A DNA stretch of 64,000 nucleotides. Source: Felis catus. Its lineage: Eukaryota. Both the position numbers and the translations under genes were made by a program. The DNA is taken from contig NC_058368.1 in the NCBI RefSeq assembly GCF_018350175.1, positions 37,264,001 through 37,328,000 on the forward strand. The letters run 5' to 3'. Under the pieces are notes generated by a model, which was not told where the DNA came from, made no database searches, and was given only the letters and a program-made list of their open reading frames with translations. Below, piece by piece: positions 25,280-38,868 of this stretch (position 1 is its first letter; each line of letters begins with the position of its first letter).

Positions 25280-28200
25280 ATCCCAGGATTCCTATAATAA
25301 GTATATTGTTATTTTCAATCCTGACCCTACATCTCATAGGCTTTCTTCATTCAATTTCATTCTTTTTTCTTGTAGCTTCTTTGACTGAATAATTTCAAAT
25401 GATTTGTCTTCTAGTTCATTGATTTTTTCTTCCGTTTTGTTGAGTTGGTATCACAGATCTTTATTGACTTTTTCAGATTAGTCACATCATTAGCTTTATG
25501 AGTTTTTTTTTAATGGTTTCTTGGTCTTTATTGAACTTATTTTCATCATGCATTGTTTTCCTGACTTCATTCAGTTGTCTGTTTCTCCTAGTTTGCTGAA
25601 ATTATTTAAAAGGATTATTCTCAATTATTTGTCAGAGAGTGCATAGATTCCCATTTCTTCAGGGTCAATTATTGGAGTTTAGTAGTCTCTTGATGGAGTG
25701 AAGTTTATCTGATCCTTTGTGACCTTCATATCCTTGTGGTTGGTATATGTGCATTTGAGTAAGTCTTTTAGACTTTACAAGTTCTTTGTCAGGGGAAGAC
25801 CTTCACCAGTCACTTCAGTTTGGAATACTGGATAGGTCAGCTAGTAGTTTCCATGTGTAATCAGGGCTTGCTATTGGCTCTCTAGTTGCTCTGAAGTCAA
25901 GGAGGGTGCCCCTGGCTGGGCTCCATGGTTGGGTGAGCCTGCTGGCTGTGTTCCATGTTCTAGTGGGGTCACTATGTAGTCTCTCTTCTAGGCCAGGCCT
26001 GCTAGGTGTGTTCCACAGTCAAGTGGGGCCACTAGCCCATCTCCACAATCACCTCTGGTCAGGTGTGGTTATAGTCTGTGTTCCCTGGCAAGCAGTATTA
26101 CTGGTTGGATTCTGCAATTGGGCAGACTGGGCTATGCTCTTTAATTGTTCCTGATCAGAGGGGCCTTATGATTTGCTCAAGAAATGGCTGCTACTGCTGG
26201 CTGACCTCCATATTTAGGAAGGGCATGGGCTGTGCTTCATGGTCAGACAGGTCCTTTGGCTCTGCTCTACAGTCAAGCAGGGCTGCAGGCTATGCTCTGA
26301 ATTTGGGTGAGGCTGCAGGATCATCTTCACATAGGCCATTGACTGTATTCCAGTGGTGGGCATTGGACCTTGCTGTGCGGGGTCACGGACAGGCTCTCTC
26401 TCTTATCAAGTGGGCCTTTCACCTATACCCCATGGTTGGGTGTAGCTGGAAACTGTGCTCTGTTGTTGGTCTAGATGACTGTCTAGACTTTCCTGTTGGG
26501 TAGAGATACAGAATATGCTCTGTATTTGGCAGGATCATGCCTGGGCAAGGCCGCAGGCTGTGTTCAGCAATCAGGCAGCAGTTAGGGTGGGCTCCTCTGC
26601 TGGGTGAAGTTTTAGACTGGGCTCTTTGGCTGGGCAGTACTGTAGGCTGGGCTCCAAGACTCAGGGTCACACTTCAGGCTCCTTAGTATATACAGATGGC
26701 TGGCACCTGTGGCCAGACTTCCCAGTAGGGTGGGGCTGGAAGCTATGCTTAGAAAATGGGTGGGGCTGCTAGTTTGCTCCCTGCCTGGGTGAGGACACAG
26801 AATAGTCTCCATGGGTGGCCTTTTAGCTGGGAACCCAAATCAGGCAGAACTGTCAATGAAGCTTCCTAGCCAGAGAGGGCCGCTGGCTCAGTTCTCAGCC
26901 ACGGGCTGAGATTTCTGCTTGGGTGCTGCTGAGCACTGGTTGCTGTAAGCTCTACCCCCCTTCTATTTTTATCAGTGCTCCAGTGTCCGAGCTCCACAGT
27001 TTCTCCCTGTGATCCCTGTGAGGTAAGACCCATGTGGGCCTCCTAAAAAATGTTTTGTAATACCACAAAAGCAGATACCCACCTTCAGTTCTCTTTTTTC
27101 CATTGGGGAACCAGTAGGCCGAGGAGTGCCTTCTTGGTGCAGCACTATACCATCCTGGGGATGGCATGATGCAGTCAAAGCAAAACAGTAAGCTGTTCCT
27201 CTTACCCCTCTAATGTGGTCCTTCTCAGTGTTTGTGTTTTAGGGGAGTGTTTCACCCTCATATCCAGGTGCTGGGATTTTTCACAATGGTGTCTTGTTTA
27301 TGGAAAATTGCTAGTTGGTCTTGTGAGGGGGACTAAAGTCAGAGACAACCTATGTCAGCATCTTGACATTATTCCTCCATTGGCTCTTTTTTAAGTTTGA
27401 GGCTACTTCAGGAATGCATATTGATCCTAAATTTAAGCCAACAGAGCTTCCCAGGATGCTACACTGATTTTGAAAGATTATTGGATTTTACTGGGCAGGA
27501 GTCATATCCCATTAATCTGCTTACGATTCTACCTTAATACCAAATTTTCTTCAAAGGTCAGTTTTAGTTATTTCTTTTTTGAACCTCAAAGTCTGGCTAA
27601 TTTCTATTACTTGTCAAGATTCCAATGATCCCATGCATTTCACAACTTCTGCTGTAATGTAATTTTAGGGGCTGTCAGTGAAGAAACAAACTAGAATTTT
27701 CCTGTTCATCAAACCCCCAGGGTAAAATGAATTGCTTCAGTGCATTCTGTGGAAAGAGAAGGCAAAGGGGACAATTTATTTGTATCAGTTTAACCTCTGT
27801 GGGCTGTTGACATTGGAACTGCCTAATGGCAAACTGTTAAGAACTATTAAGTTCTCATTAGTGATGCCCCTGGATTAGAGCCATGTGGTACAGGACATCA
27901 TTTAATAGTAAATATTAAAACATATTTATGAAAAGAGAAAGGCACGTCTGCATTATTTAAAAGAAAATAGAAGAGTAGAACTTAATTGGTATCAAAAGCA
28001 GGTCAGAGACTAATTATGATTTCAGTTCCATGTAACTTTACCTTCTCATTTCTTGACTTAGTAATTGTTTCTGGCAATGCCATGGCTAGAAGAATAAAGT
28101 GCTTTCAGAAATGTGAGCAGCTCCGAATCATTATTAACCTCAGGCTATCTACACAATTAATAATTCAATGTAATTTTATCTATACTAGTTTTCAGAATGC

Positions 28201-29099
28201 CTTGTTATGAGATAAGGTAATATTAATCCATCTTCCAGGGAGCTATTTCTAAAAAAGAATACAACCCATAGATCAATTAATTTATTTTTAGTTTGAAAGT
28301 CTATATGTGGATTGCAGTATGACATGCCAATTATTAATGATTTAAATTTGAATGAATTTTTATATATCATTGACATATTAAGGTTCAATAAAGCAAACAC
28401 AGTAATGCATATTGTCATGTTGGTGACACTGAAAAAAATTATAAAACATGTGTACAAAGGTTGAGTTTTTTCAGTTCATCAGAAGAAAAACTTAGAGCCA
28501 AAGCTTATGAAAATTGTCATATTCATTTGTGAGCTTTATGTATATATATTTAGGTTTCTTATAATAAATATATAATTATGTAGTCAAAACAGGATATGTT
28601 ATATGAAAACATTAAGTGGCCATTTTAAATTCAGGTCTCTTAAATTTTATTAGCTTCCCTTCTTAAGTACTTATCTGGAGGCCACTTATTAGACTTAAAT
28701 TAGATTTATTATTTTTGGAAGGTGAGCGTTTGCTTTCTGTATTTGCTTTAAGATTGTTCATTATTTTTCTCTATGTCTGAAATAGTCTATCTGATCTGTC
28801 AAGGAAAAATAAGTAACACATAACTTCCATAACTTAAAAGGAGAAACAATGTAAACACCCAGAATTAAAATTTATATAAAAACACTATTTGATTGAAAGA
28901 ACTTGTTAATCTCCTTTTGTCTTACTGTGTGGCCATATACATATCAATGTGCCTATCTATTTTGACTTCCTCATCTATAACGTGCAGTTAATATATTCTA
29001 TTTATTTAGTTTACTGGTTTGTAGTGACAGCATAAAAGTGAAGTGTAGGTTATATTGTGAAGCCCCCCAGTTTGGATGTTAACAACAGATTAAAATCTC

Positions 29100-29215
29100 A
29101 TTAACATTGTGAGAGTCATTTAAGCTCTCTGATTCTCTGTTTCTTCATTTGCAAAATGTTCTGAGTTACAGATAAAATATGTAAAGCAACAGGCACACAG
29201 TAAGTATTTAGCCAG
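29100..29215 (+). mobile_element. MIR remnant
   Basis: agtcatttaagctctctgattctctgtttcttcatttgcaaaatg...tatgtaaagca...ggcacacagtaagta. Confidence 0.6.
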
Positions 29216-31158
29216 TGGATCTATTTTCTAATCTTAGTGTATAAGACTTTGTAGGAAGACTGATAACCTATTATAAATTTCCCAAAGTGCAGTTTTCCAC
29301 TAACATTGCAGACAAGGACGATGTTCTGCAATTAACAATGATATACATATTTGTGTGAAACCATAATTTTGATATGTACATTCAAACTATTATGACAAAC
29401 TATACTCCACGATGATAGATGATTTCATCAAACATTTAGCCCTTTATCTGACTCACCATTTTAATTATGAGTTTTATCCTACAGTTATATGTTGGGTACT
29501 AAAAATTTATAGTACTTTTTTCCCCCCCACAGGAAGTTTTAGGATTTCCAAGTAAAAGTCCATTTCCTGCCATATTTAGCAGAAATATAAGTAGCCATTT
29601 TGGATCTCTATTACCTATAAAATATAGTTTGATAGCAATAATTCCAAATAGATCCTTTGAATGTCTTTGAATCTTAAATCTTAAACTTTCCAACTCAGTC
29701 TGGTTTTGGAACTGTGTCAAGAAGTGAATGGAGCTTAAAGGGATTGATAATAATGGTGACTTCAGCAGCTTGGAAACTAAACAGAAAGATAAAAGGGTGA
29801 GTCAATGAAGGGCGAGTCCTCTAGCAGCAGGGAGGCAGGGTGGAAAGTAAAAACTTATGCATGTAGTTCATTGAAGGTTGAAGACTGAGAATGTCTGTCC
29901 TTATGGTTTACTACTACATACACATTATGCTAGCTAGATGTGGTAGGCATACAATGCATGACATTCTTCTTATATGTATCTATGTTATAAGTCATAGAAT
30001 CTCATATTTGGAGGAGACATTAGTGGTTATTTACTGTAACCCATGTGTAATTTCAAATCTCATAAACTCAATTTATAAGTTTTCCTTGGAGGAAGTGAGA
30101 ACTTCAGTATCAGTGTTTATTTTGACTTGCCTGTTTTAGATCAGATCTTACTTTAATAAGGTATCACTTAATATCTTTACATATCTACATATCACTTTAA
30201 TAAGAATATATGTGATTTAGACTATGCATCACTCAGTTCAATTTAAATCGGCAGCTTAGAAGAGCAGGAGTCCTCGTGTTGACTATTTGGCAATAGACAA
30301 GTGAATGATTGGCAACTTTAACTCTATTCATAACTTGAAAAAAAGAGAAAAATTGGTAATAATAATAAAAATAAAGATTATGTAGTAAAATATTTCTAGT
30401 TAGATTATATACACTTAATAGTTAGCTGCTTTGGGTAAAAACAACAACAACAAAACTCTGGAATACACAAGGATATTTATGGTGACTAAGTCTAAACAAA
30501 CAATGTTTGTCTCAGAGGATAATTGGGGATTTTTATTTAAAGCTGTAAGTGACAGCTGATAGATTTTATTCTGTTATTTGCTATGAGAAAGGGAAAAATT
30601 TTGTCTCCTGAATGTGTGATATATACTTTGCCAAAGGGAACAATAGTTCCTTCCAAATGGATTTAAAAGAAATATATAATAATTCGCATTATCTTAAAAA
30701 GCTGCTTTGCGTCTATTCAAAGATTATAAAAAGTAACACTCCAAAACTTAAAATTATAAATTTTTAAATTGTCTGTGATTGAATAGAAGGACAGGAAGGT
30801 AGTGGTTTCCTCACCTTTCATTTTTCATGCATTAAAAACCAAAAACATCAGCCCCAATAGAGATTTGGTTTAGATTTTCTTTGTTCATTTCCTCTTGTGT
30901 TTTTGACCTATAAACTTGAGGTATTTTTAAAGACATGAATTACTGGAGATGGAGAATTTTAGCCAAAAATATAGGATAATAAAACAAATTCCTTTAGATG
31001 AACCTAACTGCCATAAAAAGATAAAGGTATTTTATGTTATGGCCTGAGGCATTATATCTAGACTTGTGAATATCCACACACTATGAAATTTTTAGATCTT
31101 GGGAAATCATAAAATAAAAGCAGCTAGTGGTGTAGAGCCTGTATAAAGAATGTGTTGC

Positions 31159-31374
31159 GGGGAGCCTGGGTGGCGCAGTCGGTTAAGCGTCGGACTTCAC
31201 CCAGGTCACGATCTCGCGGTCCGTGAGTTCGAGCGCTGCGTCGGGCTCTGGGCTGATGGCTCAGAGCCTGGAGCCTGTTTCCGATTCTGTGTCTCCCTCT
31301 CTCTCTGCCCCTCCCTCATTCATGCTCTGTCTCTCTCTGTCCCAAAAATAAATAAAAAACATTGAAAAAAAAAA
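31159..31374 (+). mobile_element. Young felid SINEC_Fc
   Basis: CpG-rich body (gcgcagtcggttaagcgtcgg...cacgatctcgcggtccgtgagttcgag); perfect 13-bp TSD aaagaatgtgttg at 31145-31157 and 31375-31387. Confidence 0.96.
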
Positions 31375-31966
31375 AAAGAATGTGTTGGAGAGTTAGAAGA
31401 GAGAAAAAGAGGATAATTTAAAGGCACCAAAATGTTAATTTATATTTGATTTAGTTGTAAGCACATCCAAGTTGTGGTATTAGAATTGTATGATCTTAAT
31501 TTTCTAACTATAAACATGTCTTAATTATCACTAAAGTATTATTTGTACCTCTGAGTAGTCTGCATTTTCCACATTCTGTAAGTTCTGTGCATCTCTCCAT
31601 AATCTGGAACTATACTTTGGTTGGCTAATCAAGAACTGAATAGTCATTCTTCTCTATTAATTTTCACTGTGGTGATGATAAAAGGTTTTACTACTCATCC
31701 ATGATCTCTCTAGGTTTAGGTTAGGCTTTTCTGAGCTCTCTAACGATAAAGGAAGAATAGAGTCTTTTTATATTTGTTATTCCCCAGCCATCTTCAGTGA
31801 TGTAAATAGATTACTTTGAGGAAATTTGCCAATAGATTGTAGCATGCAAGGAGCTGTTACTCAAGTTTGCAGGAGATTGTTAGTATGTGATGGTAAGAAA
31901 AATGACAATAAGTTCTCTAAAAGAGTTAAGAAAAATTGTGTGTACATTTAATAGTTATGAAATTTA

Positions 31967-32178
31967 GGGGCACCTGGGTGGCTCAGTCAGTTAAGCGTCC
32001 GACTTCGGCTCAGGTCATGATCTCAGGGTTCGTGAGTTCGAGCCCTGCATAGGGCTCTGTGCTGACAGCTCAGGGCCTGGAGCCTGCTTCAGATTCTGTG
32101 TCTCCCTCTCTCTCTGCCCCTCCCCTGCTCATGCTCTGTCTCTCTCTGTCTCAAAAATAAATAAAACATTAAAAAAAA
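31967..32178 (+). mobile_element. SINEC_Fc
   Basis: Near-consensus body; TSD agttatgaaattta. Confidence 0.96.
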
Positions 32179-32837
32179 AGTTATGAAATTTAAAAATAGA
32201 CAACCAAATTGACTTAAATTTTAGTTTTTATTTTTTTAAATTTTTTTTCCAACATTTATTGACTTAAATTTTAAATAAGAGAAAAATAGATACGTTTCTT
32301 GGAGCAATAGACAACTGTATCACCATAATAAAGCCATAATTACATTTAATTAATTTTACATGGTTATGTTGTTTCTTTTAATCCTTTCTTTTAATATGTG
32401 CCATAAAGTACAGATAACATTGATGGATAAAAGGTAAAGATTTTTCAAATATGCCAGGCTGTAATGTTTATTGTAAATGGAGCTATTGACAAATAACTTC
32501 ACTTGAAATTTTCAGATCGAATTTGGTAGGACATATTTACCAATAAAGGAACATGAATAATCCCTATATATATATCCCTATATATGATTTTAAATGAAGT
32601 CATAAATTCTTAGACAATTGCTAAAGCAGAAAATTTAATTCATGGCCCAAGAAAAGAAATCTTTTAAATATGCAAGTTACATTTTTGCTTTTGTTTGATT
32701 GCTTTCCATGTGACCAGTCATCTTCTAAAATGTTCTCTCCGACAAGGTACTATTCCATGTTTTCCAAGTTTACTTTTTTCCAATTTTACTACTTAATAAA
32801 TGTGTGTTTGTATGTGTGGGTATGTGGATAGATGGGG

Positions 32838-32900
32838 AGAGATAGATAGATAGATGATAGATAGAATCATACATACATACATACGTATACAGACAGACAA
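32838..32900 (+). repeat. Compound (TAGA)n/(TACA)n/(CAGA)n microsatellite
   Basis: Read directly from the sequence. Confidence 0.85.
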
Positions 32901-33388
32901 TAGGTAATGTAACCACAAGGAAAATAGCTTGATCATCTTTAATAGTCTTGGGCTGTTGATTTCCACAACAAAGGTCACTAGTGTTTTAGTTTGTCCTGCA
33001 CAATCACTCATGAGGTGAAGTCTAGATACTTAATAGTCTGTGGCTTAGCAAGACATTCTAATTTTATTTTAGTTTTATTTATTCTAGCCACAAGTTGGTC
33101 ACATACAACTCCATAATTAGCAACTCTTCAGAGCAGATTGGAACATCAAGATTCACTCTGAAATCTTTCCTTCTGGAATAATTTGGCACTAAAATATCCC
33201 ATCTACCTGATGGAGAATATATTCTCAACCAAACCAGAACTGGAGGAATTTAAAAATAAAAAGATTTATCCTGTGGGAACAATAGTGTCTTTTTTTTCTT
33301 ATAAAACAATTTAAAATACTATATATTATATATATATGTATACAATTTAAAAAATATTGTTATCTATTGTTGATTAATAACACAAACC

Positions 33389-33512
33389 GGGGGGGTGGGA
33401 GGGAGGGAGGGAAGGGTAGGTGATGGGCATTGAAGAGGGCATCTTTTGGGATAAGCACTGGGTGTTGTATGGAAACCAATTTGACAATAAATTTCATATA
33501 TTAAAAAAAAAA
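33389..33512 (+). mobile_element. Very short 5'-truncated felid L1 (3' end only)
   Basis: Closely matches 57392-57500 (gatggg.attga.gagggca.cttttgggat.agcactgggtgttgtatggaaaccaatttgacaataaatttcata) plus an A tail. Confidence 0.9.
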
Positions 33513-33545
33513 CTTACAAAAAAAACCACCATCCTAAAACATAAA

Positions 33546-33620
33546 TTTTATTTATTTATTTGTTTGTTTGTTTATTTATTTATTTACTTATTTATTTATT
33601 TATATTTATTTATTTATTTA
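33546..33620 (+). repeat. (TTTA)n/(TTTG)n low-complexity repeat
   Basis: Read directly from the sequence. Confidence 0.85.
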
Positions 33621-33639
33621 CTAGTTTAGATGTTTTAGG

Positions 33640-33872
33640 CTCCTTACAACAAGGCACTGGAGTTCCAAGAGTTGAGAAATTCAAGAGAAAGGAAATGGAG
33701 GCTGTCAATCCCATAAGGCCTGAGAACAGAAACTGTGTCATTATCACTTCCACCATGGTCTGTTGGTCAAAGTGGACACAGAACCTGCTCACATTTTAGG
33801 GGGGAGGATATTAACTTCACCTTTCCATGGTAGGAGTAACAAGAATTTGTGGCCAATTTTATTTCCCCATAA
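33640..33872 (-). mobile_element. Old MLT1 LTR fragment
   Basis: cacttccaccatggtctgttggtcaaag...aagaatttgtggccaatttt resembles an MLT1 5' part. Confidence 0.55.
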
Positions 33873-34524
33873 TATTTTGTTTTATAAATAATTTCAGTCA
33901 TGTACCATAACCTTGCTTTTTGTTGAAAATGACAAAAGTACTTTCCATTTTTCCCAGTTCCATTCTCTTCTCTTGATAAAATATTTTATCTTGGTAACTG
34001 AATTTATATAACTTGAATAAAATTTTCATAAATAAAATACTTTTCTGTGAGAAAGTCTTAGGAAATACATTCTGCAAATAATAAATAGCTAATTATCAAT
34101 CTAAATCTAGTGATCAATCTGTGATCTAAATTAAACTGTTAAAGATTTTAGAATGATTAAGCCAAATATCCTTATAAATGTATTGCATTATGACTCTTTC
34201 ATAGGTACAAATTAACAGAATAATCTATAAAGAACCTTCAACTTTTAAATGCTTATTGATTTTTATTTTGTTTCATTGGCTTTATGACTATTTACTACAG
34301 TTTTTTCAGTAAAGGTGAGGATAATTTCAGTTATTTTAATATCTGAAAATCACTATACCAAATGTCTATGGACTAATAAATTCTGAAGAATAATAATCTG
34401 GGAGTAGGCCAAAAGGCACAAACATTTCAGAATAGAAGATTTCTGAAAATCGGTACTTTTTTCCTTCTCATTTGACTTTTGTTTATTATGTCTTCTATTC
34501 CATTTCTCTTTGAACATGGTCTTT

Positions 34525-34620
34525 CTTTTTTAGTTAAAAAAATTTTGTTTAAGTAGGCTCCATTCCCAAGGTGGGGCTGGAACTCATGACCCTGAGATCA
34601 AGAGTCACATGGTCTACTGC
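34525..34620 (-). mobile_element. Short older CanSINE
   Basis: ggggctggaactcatgaccctgagatcaagagtc...ctgagccagccaggctcccc; degenerate TSD tgaaca..gtcttt. Confidence 0.85.
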
Positions 34621-35664
34621 CTGAGCCAGCCAGGCTCCCCTGAACACTGTCTTTTTATCCCTTTAACTATCTGTTTCATTGATATGATAATTGTAATATA
34701 TCATTATTATCTAAATGTTTGCATAGTGAATATGATGATAGATTATTTTAGCAAAAAATATTGAAAAGGGAAATGATTTTAACATTATTTTACCTTATCC
34801 TAAAAATAAGAATTTACGTATTTGTGGTGATTTACCTTTTATAAACATGTAGCTATAACTTTGTATTTGAAATAAATACAATGTATATAAAAAGTGATTA
34901 CAATTAAATATAATATTAAAAATCCTCTTTTTAGATATCACATACACCAAAAAACCTATAAAATGATGTAGCCACAATGTCAGCTACCTGCAGTGAGCCA
35001 TACTTCTTTCTTGCTAAATAACCCTATATGTAGCAAATTAGGAAATATCTTTTTCAGCTGAGACCAAATTATAGGTTGACATAGTACCTGAGCTAACTTT
35101 AAGAGTTTCCTTTGGTCAATTTCCCAGAAGTCATAATAATCAGAGTCTGTGGGTTAAATGTAATGATAGTTTTTATAAGTCTCTGTTACAAGAACAGATA
35201 ACAGAAGAGCATGTAAGAAGAACATGTGCTCATTCTAGGCTGCCATGCTATTCATAGTGTTGAAATTTTTCCTACCTTATTATTTTGGAATATCAATGAT
35301 GATCTCATCTTAAATTCATATCATCCTAGGACTAGAATGGATTCTTAGACTTCTTTAGAATAAATCCTTGTTGCAGGCTTAATTAAATTCTTATTATCGT
35401 AAAAGAATGTCATAACCTCTTTACTTAAAAGGTTTTACAGATGAAATGTTTCCAACATCTGTTTGGAGCCTGTATCTTCCTAAACGATGACTTTATTTGC
35501 CTGATTGAGGTGCAAATTTCTTTGTTGTGGAAGATACCATAGTTTCATATCATTTGAGAAGAAGATTCTGCTTGCTATAGAAAGAATAATTCTGGACAAA
35601 AATTATATTGTAAAACATCACCATAAATCATGTGATATCATTGTTAAAAAAAAAAAGAGAGTTA

Positions 35665-35860
35665 GGGGCACCTTGGTGGCTCAGTCGGTTAAGAATCAGA
35701 CTTTTGATTTCTGCTCAGGTCATGAACTCCTGGTTTGTTAGACTGAGCCCTACCTAGGGCTTTTAGCTGCATGTGGAGCCTGCTTGAGATTCTCTCTCTT
35801 TCTCTGCCCCTCTCCTGCTCGTGCTCTCTCTCTCTCAAAATAAATAAATAAACATTAAAA
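35665..35860 (+). mobile_element. CanSINE
   Basis: SINE head, (CT)n and A tail. Confidence 0.92.
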
Positions 35861-35886
35861 AGAGAGAGAATTAAAATAGCAACATC

Positions 35887-36392
35887 TGTGAACATTTAAA
35901 AATTTTAGCCTACTTGCCAGCTAACAAATTAGCCTGCCATGTCTTCATGGATGGTGAAAGAAGACATAAGACTTCTATGTCAGAGATGAAACACAGTTTA
36001 TTGCTCACAGCAAAAGCAAGACACACTGTTATCATTTTGTACCATTTTCCAAAACTCCAATCTTCATAGGGAAATATTAAGGAGAACCAGATGATACCTG
36101 TGCATATGGTAGTTGCATTATAGGAGAGGGACCCTGAATTTATAGGACCTGAGGCATGCCTACTCTTTGCCCTAAGGTAGACATCTTTATTACACTAAAC
36201 AGTGAACATATGTTACCTTTCGTCCAGAGGGACATTATTTCTGTCTTGGAAGGCTTTAAGTAAGCCTATCCTTTCATACTTTTTATTATACAAACATCCT
36301 TAAAAAGGTCATGTGGATCAAAGAGCAGTCAGTGTTTCACTTTGCTAGATGAACAAAAATGTAAGAAACCCATGGAGAATTGTTTCTTAACA
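35887..36392 (-). mobile_element. LTR40-like ERVL solo LTR
   Basis: Reverse-complement start tgttaagaaacaattctccatggg matches the recalled LTR40 consensus; homologous to 18832-19290. Confidence 0.75.
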
Positions 36393-38691
36393 GTAAAATG
36401 TACAATATAAGTTCCCTAAAACAAATAAATATAGAAATAAATATTAGCATAACATATTGACTGTTTATTCATAATGCCTCAATTGAGTGTCTAATTAGGT
36501 AGCAACTTTTCGAGTTTCTTATTTATACAAGATATTTAAATAATACATTTTAGGAAAATATCAGTCATTTTGGCTTTTTCCACAAAATCTAAAGTGAACA
36601 ATGATACCTCGTTTTTGCAAATTTATGCTACACATTATGGCAGTACCAAAAAATTATATTCTCTGAAATGATTTATGATTTCTTTGGAGAGACATAATAC
36701 CCATATATGAAGCAAACTAGGGAACAACTTATTGTAGTATATATTGAAATACTAGATTGTGGATAAAGAATTAATATCCTATTGATTTAATTTATAAACC
36801 ATTTTAACATATATTGCCTCATTTTGTATCCATGCCTCATTTGTATTATGATATTTTATTGATTTTGCAATTTGAAATTTTTATCATCTCTGAAATAACC
36901 ATGGATCTTATATTTGATGACATCTTACAGATAAAATAGCAGTATTTTCTGAGTGGTACAGACAATAGTGGTACATTCTTCCTCATTTGAAATGCATCAT
37001 TTCCATTTGGAGAAGAAAGTGAAGCTCAAAAATATTAAGTTCTTTTCCCAGGATAACCCAGCCAATAGATGTGAAGACATAATTTGAATCTAGGTCTTTT
37101 TATTCTAACACTGTTTAACAAGAAGTGCTTTCTGCCTCATGGCTTAACACTTCACGCTATTTCATTATTGATAGCATTGAGAGTTTCAAAAGAATAATAT
37201 TTGCTCAGATTAGCTTAATACCAAATAGATCTTTTGTTTTAGTCCCACTGAGAATATCTTCAAAGAGTTAAAAGGTTAAATACAATGGAGCTGATGGGAA
37301 AATGAAGCAAAATACTGTTTGCCTACGACCATCTGAATTGTGTTTGTCTTTCTCTTTAGTGAGATCTTTTTCTATATTTGTAATATAAAAACTTTGTCAT
37401 AACTTAAAACATTTTTTTTTCATTTTCTAGTTTGTGTTTAGTTTTATGTTCTGTCTTTTGCTATAAACTAGAATAATCTTTATTTGAAGTCTTCAATGTA
37501 AATTCATAAACTATTATATAATTGTTTATGCTCTCTTTTGTATGTGTGGTTTGTTTTTATTTTATTACTGATGTTGATATTTTTATTTTCATTACTTATT
37601 TGCTAGTTTGTTTATTTTAAGGAATTGGGCTTTTCTTGTTTTTTTTGTTTGTTTTTTGATAATCATGAGAGGATTTGTGAGTCTGGATATGTAAGATAGA
37701 TCACAAAGTGATCTAATTTTAAGAATTGGTGCAGTTACTTGGACGCACCCAAGGCAACTTATACCAAATTCATAGATAAGCATTGCAATACTCCAAATAT
37801 TTCCATATGAATCAAATGAGTGTCAGAATATATGATGGATGCCACAACCTGGTCCCTTCCTTCTTCCCCTTGCCAATATACCAAAAGTTTAGTCTTAGCT
37901 ATGTATGCAGATTCAGGAATCGTTTGAAGAAAGTTTCTCATTAACAGTACTTTTTAGTGGGAATTGGGCACAGTGGTAACCCACATTGCTTGAACCTAAT
38001 ATACAGGTTTCAAGTTGTTGCCATTGCACAGCTATGTATTCTAGTTATAGAATGCTTACAACTTACTATTTTCATATTTTATTGAGATTTCATCTCCACA
38101 GGCCCAGTTATGGTCTCCCACAGTAGGATACTAGGGGGAAGTTAATTATAGGTCTGTGCTTAAGAGAATGTCTGTAAGTATAAACATGCCAATGATATGT
38201 GGCCTATTTTGGAGCTTCCTGGGGCCTGATGACTCATAGAATTACAGGACATGCTATTTGTCTTTGTGGTCTCCCAGGTAACTCACAGTTTTATGCTCTT
38301 TTCTTAATAGGTAGGAAGTGAAAGAAATTCTCCTTATCTTGTTACCTTGAGAAATAATACTTTTTAATTTTAATATTTCCTCTCCTTTTTAATTTCTTTT
38401 TTCATTTTTCTTTTTCTTTTTTTTTTTTTGGTGGAGGGCAGTACCACAGAACCCATATCATGTCATCTCCTAATCACTACTCTCAAAACTAAACACCATA
38501 ATGACTTTTATTATAATCAGTGTCTTGTAAAATTATCTGGAAGGAGAGAGGTCATAGCTGCTTGTCCTCAAAGAGATCTATATCTCCCAAATATTAATAT
38601 TTTTTGGAAGTGTAATCATTATGACACTATACTGAGCTGTTGAAAGAAAGGAGTGTGAAAAAGAGCCTCATCCTAGAACCTCTTAGTTTTT

Positions 38692-38868
38692 TTTTTTTAT
38701 ATTTTACTTTATTTTGGGGGGGGGCAGAGAGAGAGGGAGACACAGAATGTAAGCAGGCTCCAGGCTCTGAGCTGTCAGCCCCTGATGCGGGGCTCGAACT
38801 CATGAACCCTGAGATCTTGACCTGAGTCGAAGTCGGATGCTTAACTGACTGAGTGACCCAGGCACCCC
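38692..38868 (-). mobile_element. CanSINE with a shortened 3' part
   Basis: TSD tagaacctcttagttttt at 38674-38691 and 38869-38886. Confidence 0.94.

Larger units (their letters stand above)
22570..27378 (-). mobile_element. Old L1 (L1MA-like 3' end) keeping 5'UTR, ORF1 and the ORF2 N-terminus, with two internal deletions
   Basis: L1MA-type 3' end at about 22575-22900; ORF2 N-terminus (SPYLSIIILSINELNSPIKRYRMAEWMKKQ, ORF 23999-24313); GC-richer 5'UTR at about 25800-27378 ending in a degenerate YY1 motif. Confidence 0.85.

Noticed and set aside
25906..27178. GC-richer segment with several 60-140 aa ORFs
   Set aside because: It is the degenerate 5'UTR of the old L1 at 22570-27378
37759..37941. 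60-aa protein-looking minus-strand ORF
   Set aside because: No convincing splice signals or recognisable homology
38102..38173. 72-nt plus-strand segment with a good acceptor and TCT|gtaagt donor
   Set aside because: Stop codons in all three frames; no further support
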